A stretch of 64,000 nucleotides of DNA from an uncultured Chloroflexia bacterium (GTDB lineage Bacteria > Chloroflexota > Anaerolineae > Anaerolineales > UBA4823). Of the stretch, positions 42,043-51,232 are shown piece by piece. Positions within the stretch are counted from its first letter, which is position 1. Every line of letters starts with the position of its first letter. The position numbers and the translations under genes are program-made. Under the pieces are notes generated by a model. The model was not told the DNA's origin. It saw only the letters and a list, made by a program, of their open reading frames with translations, and searched no databases. The stretch covers positions 209,806 through 273,805 of the forward strand of contig CAVPYB010000001.1 of the NCBI GenBank assembly GCA_963709875.1, read 5' to 3'.

Positions 42043-45000
42043 ATGAAAACCTTAATAATTTCTGTGCTTGGGTCTCTACAAGTTGTTACAACAACGCCGA
42101 TCCAGAACAAGTTTGAGTCGAACAAAGTACGCGCCCTCCTGGCATATCTTGTTATCGAAATGGACCGGCCGCATCATCGCGAGGTGCTGGCCGATATGCT
42201 CTGGCCTGAAAGCTCGACTTTGACAGGACTGGCGAATCTTCGATACGCCCTGGCGGACCTCCGCAAAGTTATCGGAGATCATGATGCGAATCCCCCCTAC
42301 CTCTTGGTCAGCCGCGGAAATCTGCAATTTAACTCCTCGAGTAATTTTGAACTAGACGCCTCTCAATTTGCTAATTTTCTAAATACGAAAGATATTGAGA
42401 AACTCAAGCAAGGCATTGCGCTCTATCAGGGTGATTTCCTTAGCGGATTTCCTTCCATAGAGAGCAATATGTTCGAAGAGTGGCTCCTGCTCAAGCGCGA
42501 ACATTTCAAAGAGCTAGCCATCGAAGCCTTGCGCCTCATTGCTGACTATCACGAACATCGCGGAGAATACCAGCAAGCAATGCCATTTACCCGCTACCAG
42601 ACGGAGCTTGAACCCTGGCTCGAGGAAGCCTACCAGCAGTTGATGCGCTTACTCGCATTGGACGGTCAACGAAGTGCCGCGCTTGCCCAATACGAGATCT
42701 GCCGCCGTTCACTGATTTCTGAATTAGATGTTGAGCCAAGCGATGAAACGATCCAACTATACGAATCAATACGTGACGGGACTTTTAAAAAAGTTCCTCA
42801 CCTACTAAAACGAGAGCCTCCCGCGCCTGGCGAGCCGCCCTTCAAGGGACTTCAATATTTTGATGAGTCAGATGCAGATATATTCTTCGGTCGTGAAGCA
42901 TTGATTTCCCATTTGGTGGGACAGATTCAGTATCGGGAAAAATCAAGACGGGTGCGGTTTTTGGCAATCATTGGGGCATCAGGTAGCGGCAAATCATCAA
43001 TAATTAGAGCCGGATTGATTCCAGCCTTGAAACGAGACAGCAGGCCCCGCCTTGTTCAAATTATCACTCCAACAGAATACCCTCTTGATTCATTATCTTC
43101 CTGCGACATAGACAGCCCAACAGCAAAAGGACGACTTTTCTTCATTGTGGATCAATTCGAGGAGCTGTTTACTCTATGTCAGAATGAAAGTGAGCGCAGG
43201 TTTTTCATCGATAAATTGCTTAATGCCGCTGAAGAAGGATTGGCTTTTGTAGTCATCGCCCTTCGAGCAGACTTTTATGCAGCATGCGAACCTTATGAAA
43301 ACCTTCGCAGGATCCTGAGCCAGAACCAGGAATACATCGGTCCAATGAAGGCCAGCGAGCTAAGCCGGGCGATTGAAGAACCGCCCCGTGTTTATGGATG
43401 GCTGTTCGAACCGGGTCTGGCGGATTTACTGCTCCGCGACATTGGAGCAGATGGTGATCGCTCTCCAGAACCTGGTGCGCTCCCATTGCTGTCTCACGCG
43501 CTGTTGGAAACCTGGCATCGACGAAGTGGGCGAATGCTTACCCTGGCTGGCTACGCGGAATCAGGTAGTATCCATGGAGCCATCGCGAAAACCGCTGAAT
43601 TTGTATATGCCCAGCTATCAGAAAGCGAACAGTTCATCGCCCGCAATATCTTCCTGCGCCTCACAGAATTAGGAAAAGGAATGCAAGAAACTCGTCGCCG
43701 GGTTTTATTAAGCGAAATTATCCCGGCATCCAAATCAACATCGACCCAGGGTAAATCAATTGAAATCGTTTTGAAAATGCTTTCAGACGCGCGGCTTGTC
43801 ACCACAACAGAGGTGACCGCCGAGGTAGCACATGAAGCCTTGATCCGAGAGTGGGCCAGGCTTCACGAATGGCTGTCAGAGAATCGGGAATGGCTGCAAT
43901 TGCATCGTCATATCACAGAGTCAGCACAGGAATGGGAGTCGCAAGGGTATGATCCAGGTTTAGTCTATCGAGGTACTCGACTGGTACAGGCTCTGGAGTG
44001 GGCTAAAGCTCATTTGGAGGATTTGAATTTATTGGAGCGAGAATTTTTAGAAACCTCCAAATCTATAGAAGAAAAAGCAGCGGCTGAACGGGAGGAGCAA
44101 CGACAACGCGAATTGGAAGCTGCGCGCAAGTTAGCTGAATCTGAAAGAGAGCGTGCGGAAGGACAAACGCGAGCAGCCAGGCAGTTACGCCAGCGCGCCT
44201 TTTATTTAGCAAGTTTACTGTTTCTCTCACTGATCTTGGTCATCACTGCTTTTGTACAGCGTAATACTGCCAACAGACAGGCCCATCTGGCCTCAGCGCG
44301 TGAATTAGCCCTCGCATCAATCAATAATTTAGATAAGGACGCAGAACTCAGCATCCTTCTGGCATTAGAGGCAGTTTCGGAATCCAGATTAGCACGCGTA
44401 CCGGTTCCTTACCAGGTGCAAGATGCACTTCATAAAGCAATCCAAAATTCTAGGATCCATTACACCCTAGCAAAGCATAGTGGTGCTGTTGTAGCAGTAA
44501 CATACAGCCCCGATGGAAAGTTGTTGGCAACAGCCGGCAGTGATAAAAAAGTAATTCTTTGGGAAGCTGCAACGGGAAAAGAGCTGATGACTTTATATGG
44601 TCACAGCCAAGGATTGGAGGATATCGCATTTAGCCCGGACGGCAGGTATTTAGCGACAGCCAGCGATGACAAATCAGTCAAGCTGTGGAATCCTTTAAAT
44701 GGGCAAGAGTTGCGTTCGTTCACCGGCTTTACAGATGTCATTTGGAAAATCTCCTTTAGTGCAGATAGTAATTTCCTGGCAACCGGTGGCAACGAGACTG
44801 CCATCGTATGGGATATAAATACCGGACAATCAATTCTGATTTTAGAAGCGCAACACGCTCCTATCGCTTTTAGCCCCCTTGGGAAGTACCTTGCAACTTC
44901 TGGGGATGATGGCACAACAAAGTTATGGGATACAGATTCGTGGGAGGAATATCTTTCTCTTCCCTATGCCGCGAATGCGCTTGCCTTCAGTCCAGATGAG

Positions 45001-46344
45001 GAACGCCTTGTAACAGCAATGGAAGAGTTTAAAGTCTGGGATGTTCTAACCGGCGAGGAACTGATGACCCCGGCAGAATTTAAAGCTGTCGTCATAGGCA
45101 TCGAGTTTAATCCGGATGGAAGTCAGTTGGCGGCGGGAAGCCAGGATGGGACAGTGGGCATATGGGATTCGCAGACTGGAAAACGTTTGTTTATTCTGGC
45201 AGGTCATGCTGGTGCGGTCAATGATGTATCATTCAACCCAGCATGTACCGCTCCTCCAGTAGCTGCATTCGAATGGTGTGGAGGTTGGCTTGCCACGGCC
45301 AGCCGTGATGGAACGGCAAAAGTTTGGGATGTCTCTCCGGCTGGTAGTCGTGAGCTAGCTACGCTGCCGGGATTTTCTGGGTATCTCTTTAGTGAAACAC
45401 AACTATCTACCAATAAATTTATCAGCCAAAATGAGGTAGAAGTCAAAACATGGGATATATCGCTGGATGGAGCGAGCCGGTGGATTTCAAACAGCCTAAT
45501 CAGCCATCCGGCACCAATAATTCTTGGGAATAGCAGTATAGATGGATCGTTTATCGTTACCGTGGATATAGATAACACTGTGGAAGTCTGGAATGCAAAG
45601 GCGAGTAAAGAGGTGGCTTCTTTTCTGATAGATCAGAGCTCGCCATTGGCTGGTGTCGCCGTAAATTCTACAGGAACGCAAGCAACGACAGTAGGAAACG
45701 ACGGGATAGCAAAGGTATGGGACGCTACTACAGGGCGCGAATTGTTGAATTTGACAGGATTTGCTGGCGACATTGTTGGCGTTGCCTTCAGTCACGATGG
45801 AAAGCTAATTGCCATAAGTAAGTATGATGGTCCTGTCAAAGTATGGGAAATCGCAACTGGAAAGGAGGTATTAACCCTAATTGGCCACACACTGCCTGTC
45901 TATGTGATTTCTTTTAGTCCAGATGGTCAGCGAATTGCTACCGCCGGTATGGATCAGACCGCCAGAATATGGGATGTTCAAAGTGGGAACAATCTGTTCA
46001 AGCTAGAAGGACATACAGCTTCAGTCATCGCCTTGGCATTCAATACAGATGGATCTCTTCTGGTTACTGGCAGTCACGATGGAACAGCGAGAATATGGGA
46101 CATTTCGAATGGACCACAGGGAGGTGAGGAGTTACTCACTTTAATAGGGCATGATGGTTACATTGATTTCGTTTCATTCACCCCTGGGGGAAAACGTTTC
46201 GCTACAGGAAGTTTACAAGATGGAACGATACGCCTTTATCTTCTGGACATCATGGAAGTGGCTGAATTGGCACAAGCGCGACTTACCCGCTCACTGGCTC
46301 TAAAGGAGTGTCAGAAGTACCTGCATCTGGCAACTTGTCGCTAA
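42043..46344 (+). CDS. SARP (OmpR-type wHTH + BTAD) - STAND P-loop NTPase - TM helix - WD40 propeller protein, 1433 aa, intact
   Basis: N-terminus VLGSLQV...NKVRALLAYLVIE..HREVLADMLWP + BTAD (IALYQGDFL..EAYQQLMRLLALDGQRSAALAQYEICRRSL). PFKGLQYFDESDADIFFGRE. Walker A GASGSGKSS and Walker B FFIVDQFEE. Coiled coil, then TM AFYLASLLFLSLILVITAFVQ. Many WD40 units (GHSQGLEDIAFSPDGRYLATASDDKSVKLWN etc.). Confidence 0.85.
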   Translation: MKTLIISVLGSLQVVTTTPIQNKFESNKVRALLAYLVIEMDRPHHREVLADMLWPESSTLTGLANLRYALADLRKVIGDHDANPPYLLVSRGNLQFNSSSNFELDASQFANFLNTKDIEKLKQGIALYQGDFLSGFPSIESNMFEEWLLLKREHFKELAIEALRLIADYHEHRGEYQQAMPFTRYQTELEPWLEEAYQQLMRLLALDGQRSAALAQYEICRRSLISELDVEPSDETIQLYESIRDGTFKKVPHLLKREPPAPGEPPFKGLQYFDESDADIFFGREALISHLVGQIQYREKSRRVRFLAIIGASGSGKSSIIRAGLIPALKRDSRPRLVQIITPTEYPLDSLSSCDIDSPTAKGRLFFIVDQFEELFTLCQNESERRFFIDKLLNAAEEGLAFVVIALRADFYAACEPYENLRRILSQNQEYIGPMKASELSRAIEEPPRVYGWLFEPGLADLLLRDIGADGDRSPEPGALPLLSHALLETWHRRSGRMLTLAGYAESGSIHGAIAKTAEFVYAQLSESEQFIARNIFLRLTELGKGMQETRRRVLLSEIIPASKSTSTQGKSIEIVLKMLSDARLVTTTEVTAEVAHEALIREWARLHEWLSENREWLQLHRHITESAQEWESQGYDPGLVYRGTRLVQALEWAKAHLEDLNLLEREFLETSKSIEEKAAAEREEQRQRELEAARKLAESERERAEGQTRAARQLRQRAFYLASLLFLSLILVITAFVQRNTANRQAHLASARELALASINNLDKDAELSILLALEAVSESRLARVPVPYQVQDALHKAIQNSRIHYTLAKHSGAVVAVTYSPDGKLLATAGSDKKVILWEAATGKELMTLYGHSQGLEDIAFSPDGRYLATASDDKSVKLWNPLNGQELRSFTGFTDVIWKISFSADSNFLATGGNETAIVWDINTGQSILILEAQHAPIAFSPLGKYLATSGDDGTTKLWDTDSWEEYLSLPYAANALAFSPDEERLVTAMEEFKVWDVLTGEELMTPAEFKAVVIGIEFNPDGSQLAAGSQDGTVGIWDSQTGKRLFILAGHAGAVNDVSFNPACTAPPVAAFEWCGGWLATASRDGTAKVWDVSPAGSRELATLPGFSGYLFSETQLSTNKFISQNEVEVKTWDISLDGASRWISNSLISHPAPIILGNSSIDGSFIVTVDIDNTVEVWNAKASKEVASFLIDQSSPLAGVAVNSTGTQATTVGNDGIAKVWDATTGRELLNLTGFAGDIVGVAFSHDGKLIAISKYDGPVKVWEIATGKEVLTLIGHTLPVYVISFSPDGQRIATAGMDQTARIWDVQSGNNLFKLEGHTASVIALAFNTDGSLLVTGSHDGTARIWDISNGPQGGEELLTLIGHDGYIDFVSFTPGGKRFATGSLQDGTIRLYLLDIMEVAELAQARLTRSLALKECQKYLHLATCR

Positions 46345-46502
46345 CGAAATCAATCGCCATATTGGTGATGAATCGGGGAGCAGACATAAAAGGTAATCAT
46401 CAAAACTTCACAGCTGAACCCCCGGACTTTGAAAAAATATTTCAAAAGTAGCTTCGACCACAATTTAAGTCAATGTACTTCCTGTCAAGTAGTACAATTC
46501 TT

Positions 46503-46800
46503 CTAAAATGATGATCTTTCTCTAAGTCATTGTGAAGCGAATCCATTGGTACTTCCACGTTGACAGACCTTTACTAAAAATATCCAAGAGACTTATTTCT
46601 CCATTCGTCCAATGGACTGGGGCAATTCTGCCAGGCTCTTGGTTGGATGAAGCGGTTACAGGGATCTCGTCCTTTTAAGCCATTGGTTGCAGGTTCGAGC
46701 CCTGCCGCGCTCACTCAATCTCCACTTTGACCCCGAAACGGGGCGTAAAACGAGTGATTTCTCCCACTAAGACCTGCCAGTTGGCGGGTTTTTGTGTTTA
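46503..46800 (+). repeat. ~300-bp duplicated module, copy A, containing the tRNA-Lys 3' 45-mer (46671-46715)
   Basis: It aligns with 52683-52990 on both sides of the exact 45-mer. It contains TAAAAT, nested helices (CCAAGAG/CTCTTGG) and a terminator CCTGCCA-gt-TGGCGGG-TTTTTGTGTTT. Confidence 0.9.
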
Positions 46801-46908
46801 ACTTCTGGGTGAAAATAAATTACCAGAGTAAGTTGCAAATAACGTATCTCTTGTTTGGCGGTTAGAATTAATTTATTAAGAACATATCACTCTTTTTGTC
46901 TGGTAATG

Positions 46909-46936
46909 CACAACAATAAGGTGTATAATTGTTGTG
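46909..46936 (+). promoter_or_regulatory. Promoter -10 plus palindromic operator of the RHH/MazF pair
   Basis: Inverted repeat CACAACAAT (46909-17) / ATTGTTGTG (46928-36) embraces TATAAT (46924-29). Confidence 0.5.
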
Positions 46937-46973
46937 TAGTTCAGGCATGCGGGCAAAAGGAGGCGATCCAAGT

Positions 46974-47207
46974 ATGCACCGTACTCAAATCTTACTCGAA
47001 CAAGAACAGCACAAAGCTCTCACAGCCATAGCCCAGCGCGAGAATCGCAGCCTGTCCGATGTGGTCAGGGAGATGTTGCGGAAGCAGCTTGAAGAACGTA
47101 AAAAAATGGAGCTGACCGCAGCCGCGAGGGCATTACTGCCTGATTACCAGGGCGATTCTGAATTGACCGCTTTCAACGCGCTCGATGCAGAGGATTTCCA
47201 TGCGTAA
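46974..47207 (+). CDS. Ribbon-helix-helix (CopG/MazE-like) antitoxin
   Basis: MHRTQILLEQEQHKALTAIAQRENRSLSDVVREMLRK shows the RHH pattern. RBS AAAGGAGG. The stop overlaps the toxin start (ATGCGTAA). Confidence 0.8.
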   Translation: MHRTQILLEQEQHKALTAIAQRENRSLSDVVREMLRKQLEERKKMELTAAARALLPDYQGDSELTAFNALDAEDFHA

Positions 47208-47538
47208 AGGCGAAGTGTGGCTCATAAATCTTGATCCAACCATTGGAGCAGAGATCCAAAAAACGCGCCCGGCGATCATCGTCAATGAAGACGCTATTGG
47301 CATTTTACCGCTGCGAGTCATCGTCCCGTTGACGGACTGGAAAGAGCACTACCAGATCGCCCCGTGGATGGTGCGGATCGATCCGAACACGTCGAACGGC
47401 TTGAGCAAACCTACCGCCGCAGATGCATTTCAAATCCGCTCGGTGTCCCAGGTCAGGTTTATCAACCGCCTGGGTCGAATTTCTAGTGAACAGCTTTTGG
47501 AAATCTTGAAAGCCATTCAAACCGTCATTGGCACTTGA
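47200..47538 (+). CDS. mazF: MazF/PemK-family toxin endoribonuclease
   Basis: MRKGEVWLINLDPTIGAEIQKTRPAIIVN..LSKPTAADAFQIRSVS matches the PemK/MazF pattern. Confidence 0.85.
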   Translation: MRKGEVWLINLDPTIGAEIQKTRPAIIVNEDAIGILPLRVIVPLTDWKEHYQIAPWMVRIDPNTSNGLSKPTAADAFQIRSVSQVRFINRLGRISSEQLLEILKAIQTVIGT

Positions 47539-47661
47539 TTGCGCAGAAAAATCCTGTTTCTTCCCCGCTTATCGGGCCGGTTATTCAAAGCGTTGTCCAG
47601 GTGAATTTGATGAGACATGATTATTAAGGTGCGTGGCGATATACCAGTGCGAGATATTTCT

Positions 47662-49620
47662 CATAACTCGACGTTCGCTCATTTTTTAGCACAAAAACCA
47701 AATTTCTGGTATGCTCGCCAGCATGGAGAAAATCGAAGTTGGCGAGGTACAGGTTGAAAGACTGGATGATATACCTGTCATCTTTGGACATTTACACAAG
47801 ATTCACATACAAGGGGTCATTGATCGAGAGATCGAAACCCACGGCAACTGGGAAGGGCTGAGCCCTGGATGGCTGATCACGATCTGGCTGGTCCACATTC
47901 TCTCGGAACACAACCACAACATGGATCGGGTGCAGGAATGGGTAGCCAAGCGGTTACAGGTCTTGCGAGCATTGACGGGGCAAGTCCTGACAGAGCTGGA
48001 CTTTACCGACGACCGGCTGGCATTGTGCTTGCGGAAGCTGAGCCAGAGTGAAACCTGGCAATAGATCGAAGCTCAACTCGGCGTGCATCTGGTGCGGGTG
48101 TACCGGCTAGGAGCAAAGCCGACCGTGCGGCTGGACGCCACCACGGGGACGGTAAACCACGACCCGGATAAACACACCCTTTTCCAAGTTGGTAAGGCCA
48201 AGAATGGGCAGTATGAGACCCAATACAAGCTGATGCTGGCCAGCCTGGATCCCCTGGGGCTGCCCTTGGCGGTGGACGTTGTTTCCGGGGAGCGTGCCGA
48301 TGATCCGCTCTATCTGCCTTGTTACCAGCGGGTGAAGCAGGTGCTCTTTGAAAACGGTGTCCTGGTGGTGGGCGACAGCAAGATGAGTGCCTTCTTTACT
48401 CGAGCAGCCCTTGCCGCTGGCGAGGATTTCTACCTAACGCCGCTGGCCCATCTCAAGGATGAGCCCGGGCTGCTGGAAGCGCTGCTGACGCCCTGGATGG
48501 AGCGGGAAGATGAAATGGAATGCATTTTCCTGCCTGAAGATGGCCCTAATCCGGACCCGACGCTGGCCATTGGGCATGGTTTTGAGGTCAACAGAAACCA
48601 AGAAGTCGATGTGGATGGTCAGGGTGCGGCCTGGACGGAGCGGCTTCTGGTGGTACGTTCTCACCAATATGAGAAGACCATCAAGAAAGGGCTGCATCAT
48701 CGCTTGGAGAAAGCGGAGCAAGCGCTGAAAGGCTTGACCCCAGCTCGAAGCCGTGGCAAGCGTCAAATCGAAGATGAAGCCAGCCTGCTGGCAGCCATCC
48801 AGCGGATCGAAGAGAAGTACCGAGTGGCAGGGCTTTTCGAGTATCACTATGAGCAAGAGGTTTCTGAGCAGCAGGTGCGAGCCTACGGTGATCAGCCTGC
48901 TCGCACAGAACGCCAGGTGCGCTTTCAATTGACGGTCGAACGCAATCCGGAAGCCATCGCAGCCGCTGAATTCAACGCCGGATGGCGTATCTACCCACCA
49001 ACGCACCCGCTGAACAGCTGCCCTTGGACCAGGCTGTGCTAGCCTACCGGGACCAGTACATCGAGGAGAACTTCTTCCGCCGTTTGCAGGGCAAGATCCT
49101 ATCTATCACCCCAGTCTATGTGCAGCGTGATGACCATGCCAAAGACTTGTTTCATCTGCTGACCCTGGCCGCAAGACTGCTGGCCCTGGGCGATCATCTG
49201 GCCAAAGCAAATCTGGTCCAAGCGCAAGCCGAACTGGCGGGGATCTATCCCGGCAACCCAATGCGCAGTACTGCCACGCCAACCACGGAGCGCATGCTGG
49301 CCGCTTTCGATAACATCAACCCGACCGTCATACCGGTTGCGGGTCAACTGCACTATCAGATCACACCCCTCACAGCCGTGCAGCTGCGTATCCTGGAACT
49401 CTGGGAGCTGCCCGATACCCTGTACACGCAATTTTGCGCATAAAAACCCAGACAGTAGTGCGTCAGTTCCTTGTATGTGATTGTTAATGTCCCGTTTTTC
49501 AACCTTTTCGTGGGTATTTGCTGGCCTGGACGATGGATTTCAAACTCAGATTGTTTCGTCCATTTCTGCTAACGCCCGAATCCGTTTTTTCGCTTTCAAA
49601 ATCAGCGAACGTTCAGTATG
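47662..49620 (+). mobile_element. IS1634-like (IS4 superfamily) insertion sequence with a decayed transposase
   Basis: Imperfect ~29-bp terminal inverted repeats: CATAACTCGACGTTCGCTCATTTTTTAGC (47662-) versus the reverse complement of GCTTTCAAAATCAGCGAACGTTCAGTATG (-49620). No clear target duplication seen. Confidence 0.6.
47711..49443 (+). pseudogene. IS1634-family transposase with one in-frame TAG (48062-64) and one frame break (~48990)
   Basis: ORFs 47711..48064 and 48083..49042 are in the same frame, separated only by TAG (..SETWQ*IEAQLG..). The C-terminal part (..YLPTNAPAEQLPLDQAVLAYRDQY..) is in ORF 48982..49443. Confidence 0.8.
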
Positions 49621-49633
49621 AAGGATCGAAGCG

Positions 49634-50326
49634 ATGGATTACCAGGAATTCATTAATCTGTGGCTTGAAGCATTGGGGCAGGCGCGTTTCCCCAGTCTTC
49701 ACCTCCTGCGTCCCAGTGAAACCATCGATATCCGTTCCATGGATCGCACCTATAAGAACTATCTTCGGTGGCCGGAGACGCCTGAAACCAAGACTTTCCA
49801 TGTGACCGCTGAAATCTCATGGGTATGGGACTCCCTGCTTTCGGCTCGCTTTGCGACCACCGAAGAAGATATGCTGATGCAAATCTATGGTGATTTCGGC
49901 ATCTATGAGGATACTGAACCTCCCTGGTTGCGGATCGACATGGCCTTACATGCTACAATCTCGCTCGATAAACGTTTCCCTTTACCATTATTAGAAATTT
50001 GGCAGCGCTGGGAAAGAAATGTGAGCTTAGAGTTGGAGCCCTTCTTACCGGGCGGGAACTATAGTGAAGATAGTGACCAGGATACGCTTGGCTGGCATGG
50101 AAATCCGGAAGCAGTAATCACTTTTGATGCTCAAGGTCAAACGTTCTTACAGGCAGTAACTCTGAGGTCGTGGCAGGGAATCAATCTGCCGCGGCAATGG
50201 GATGATCCAGATAAAGCAGACCCTGATCTAGGTGAACAACTTTACCAATTCGCTACAAATATCAAGCAAGCGTTAGGAACCTGGCAAAATAGTCTTGTAC
50301 ACTTGCTTGAAGGTCATGAACCATGA
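49634..50326 (+). CDS. Hypothetical protein (230 aa), first gene of a three-gene operon
   Basis: Intact ORF. Its stop overlaps the next start (ATGA at 50323-26). No family recognised. Confidence 0.5.
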   Translation: MDYQEFINLWLEALGQARFPSLHLLRPSETIDIRSMDRTYKNYLRWPETPETKTFHVTAEISWVWDSLLSARFATTEEDMLMQIYGDFGIYEDTEPPWLRIDMALHATISLDKRFPLPLLEIWQRWERNVSLELEPFLPGGNYSEDSDQDTLGWHGNPEAVITFDAQGQTFLQAVTLRSWQGINLPRQWDDPDKADPDLGEQLYQFATNIKQALGTWQNSLVHLLEGHEP

Positions 50327-51215
50327 AAACGAACGTTGAACGCGTCCTGGATTATTTATGCTCGGTGAGCCCAAATGGTGCTACCAACGCGGAAATACGT
50401 GTGGCAACGGGCATTCAGCCGCACCAGCAAGTTTACATGATCACCAGTAGTCTCGTTCAGATGCGATTCGGGATCCGTTTTCTCACCTGGACAGATTATG
50501 GAATATTATGTTTCCCTTCAGGAGTCTCACAATGCCTCGCAGACCCGAAACCCTGGAACTTGTGCTTATTGCGGTGAGATGATTACCAAGCGCGGTGTAG
50601 TTAAACACATAGATAAATGTCCTAAAAGACAGGGAGCTCTTTCTGCTGCAGAAGCCAGCAGCCGGCCGGTGGAAACGCTCTGGCATTTACGCGTTCAAGA
50701 TGCTTACGATAAGGATTTTTGGCTCGACCTGGAAATGGTCGGCTCAGTATCACTCGATAAGCTCGATAAATACCTGCGCGCCATCTGGTTGGAATGTTTG
50801 CGGTCACCTGAGCAAGTTCACGATTGGCGGGTGGGGTGGCTTGGATATAGGTAAAGCGCGTAAAGCCAATGCGATATTTGAACCTGGACTGGTTCTGCGC
50901 CATCTGTATGACTTTGGCACCACGTCCGAGACCGATATCAAAGTGGTTGGATTCCGGGAAGGAAAAGCGACCACGAAACATCCAATTGCCTTGCCGGCGC
51001 GCAATCGGATGCCAGAATTTGTCTGCCAGGAATGCGGTCCGCCGGCGCAATGGCTGTGTATCGAATGTGTTTACGAAGAGGAAAATAGCGGCTATCTTTG
51101 TGACGATCACATGGAAGAACACCCGCACGAGAATTATGGCGAACCGATGCCCTTGGTCAACTCTCCACGCACCGGGATGTGCGGTTATGATGGCCCAGCC
51201 GAGCCGCCGTATTAA
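50323..51215 (+). pseudogene. wHTH + Zn-ribbon + MM3350/PRiA4_ORF3-like domain + C-terminal Cys/His cluster protein, with two homopolymer frame breaks
   Basis: N-terminus ERVLDYLCSVSPNGATNAEIRVATGI (wHTH). CAYCGE..KHIDKC. LWHLRVQ..FWLDLEM..LDKLDKYLRAIWLEC|CGHLSKF..HLYDFGTTSETDIKVVG (PRiA4_ORF3-like). CQECG..CIEC..CDDH..H. Breaks at the T-runs at 50479-82 and 50797-99. Confidence 0.65.
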
Positions 51216-51232
51216 CAGGGTGTCCAACAACC

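Noticed and set aside
46559-46564. Perfect TTGACA inside the duplicated module as a -35 element
   Set aside because: No acceptable -10 lies at 15-19 nt (TATCCA/TCCAAG at best). The conserved TAAAAT/TAGAAT further upstream is a better promoter candidate.
46671-46715. tRNA halves at 46671 and 52860 as split, permuted or intron-containing tRNA-Lys genes or pseudo-tRNAs
   Set aside because: No complementary 5' acceptor strand (GRGCGCG) or anticodon-stem 5' strand exists in the ~170 nt upstream. Identity starts exactly at the anticodon stem/loop boundary, as in att sites.
48062-48064. In-frame TAG in the transposase as pyrrolysine/read-through recoding
   Set aside because: It is a single occurrence in a gene that also has a frameshift. 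No pyl genes or context are present. A CAG-to-TAG nonsense change or an error is simpler.
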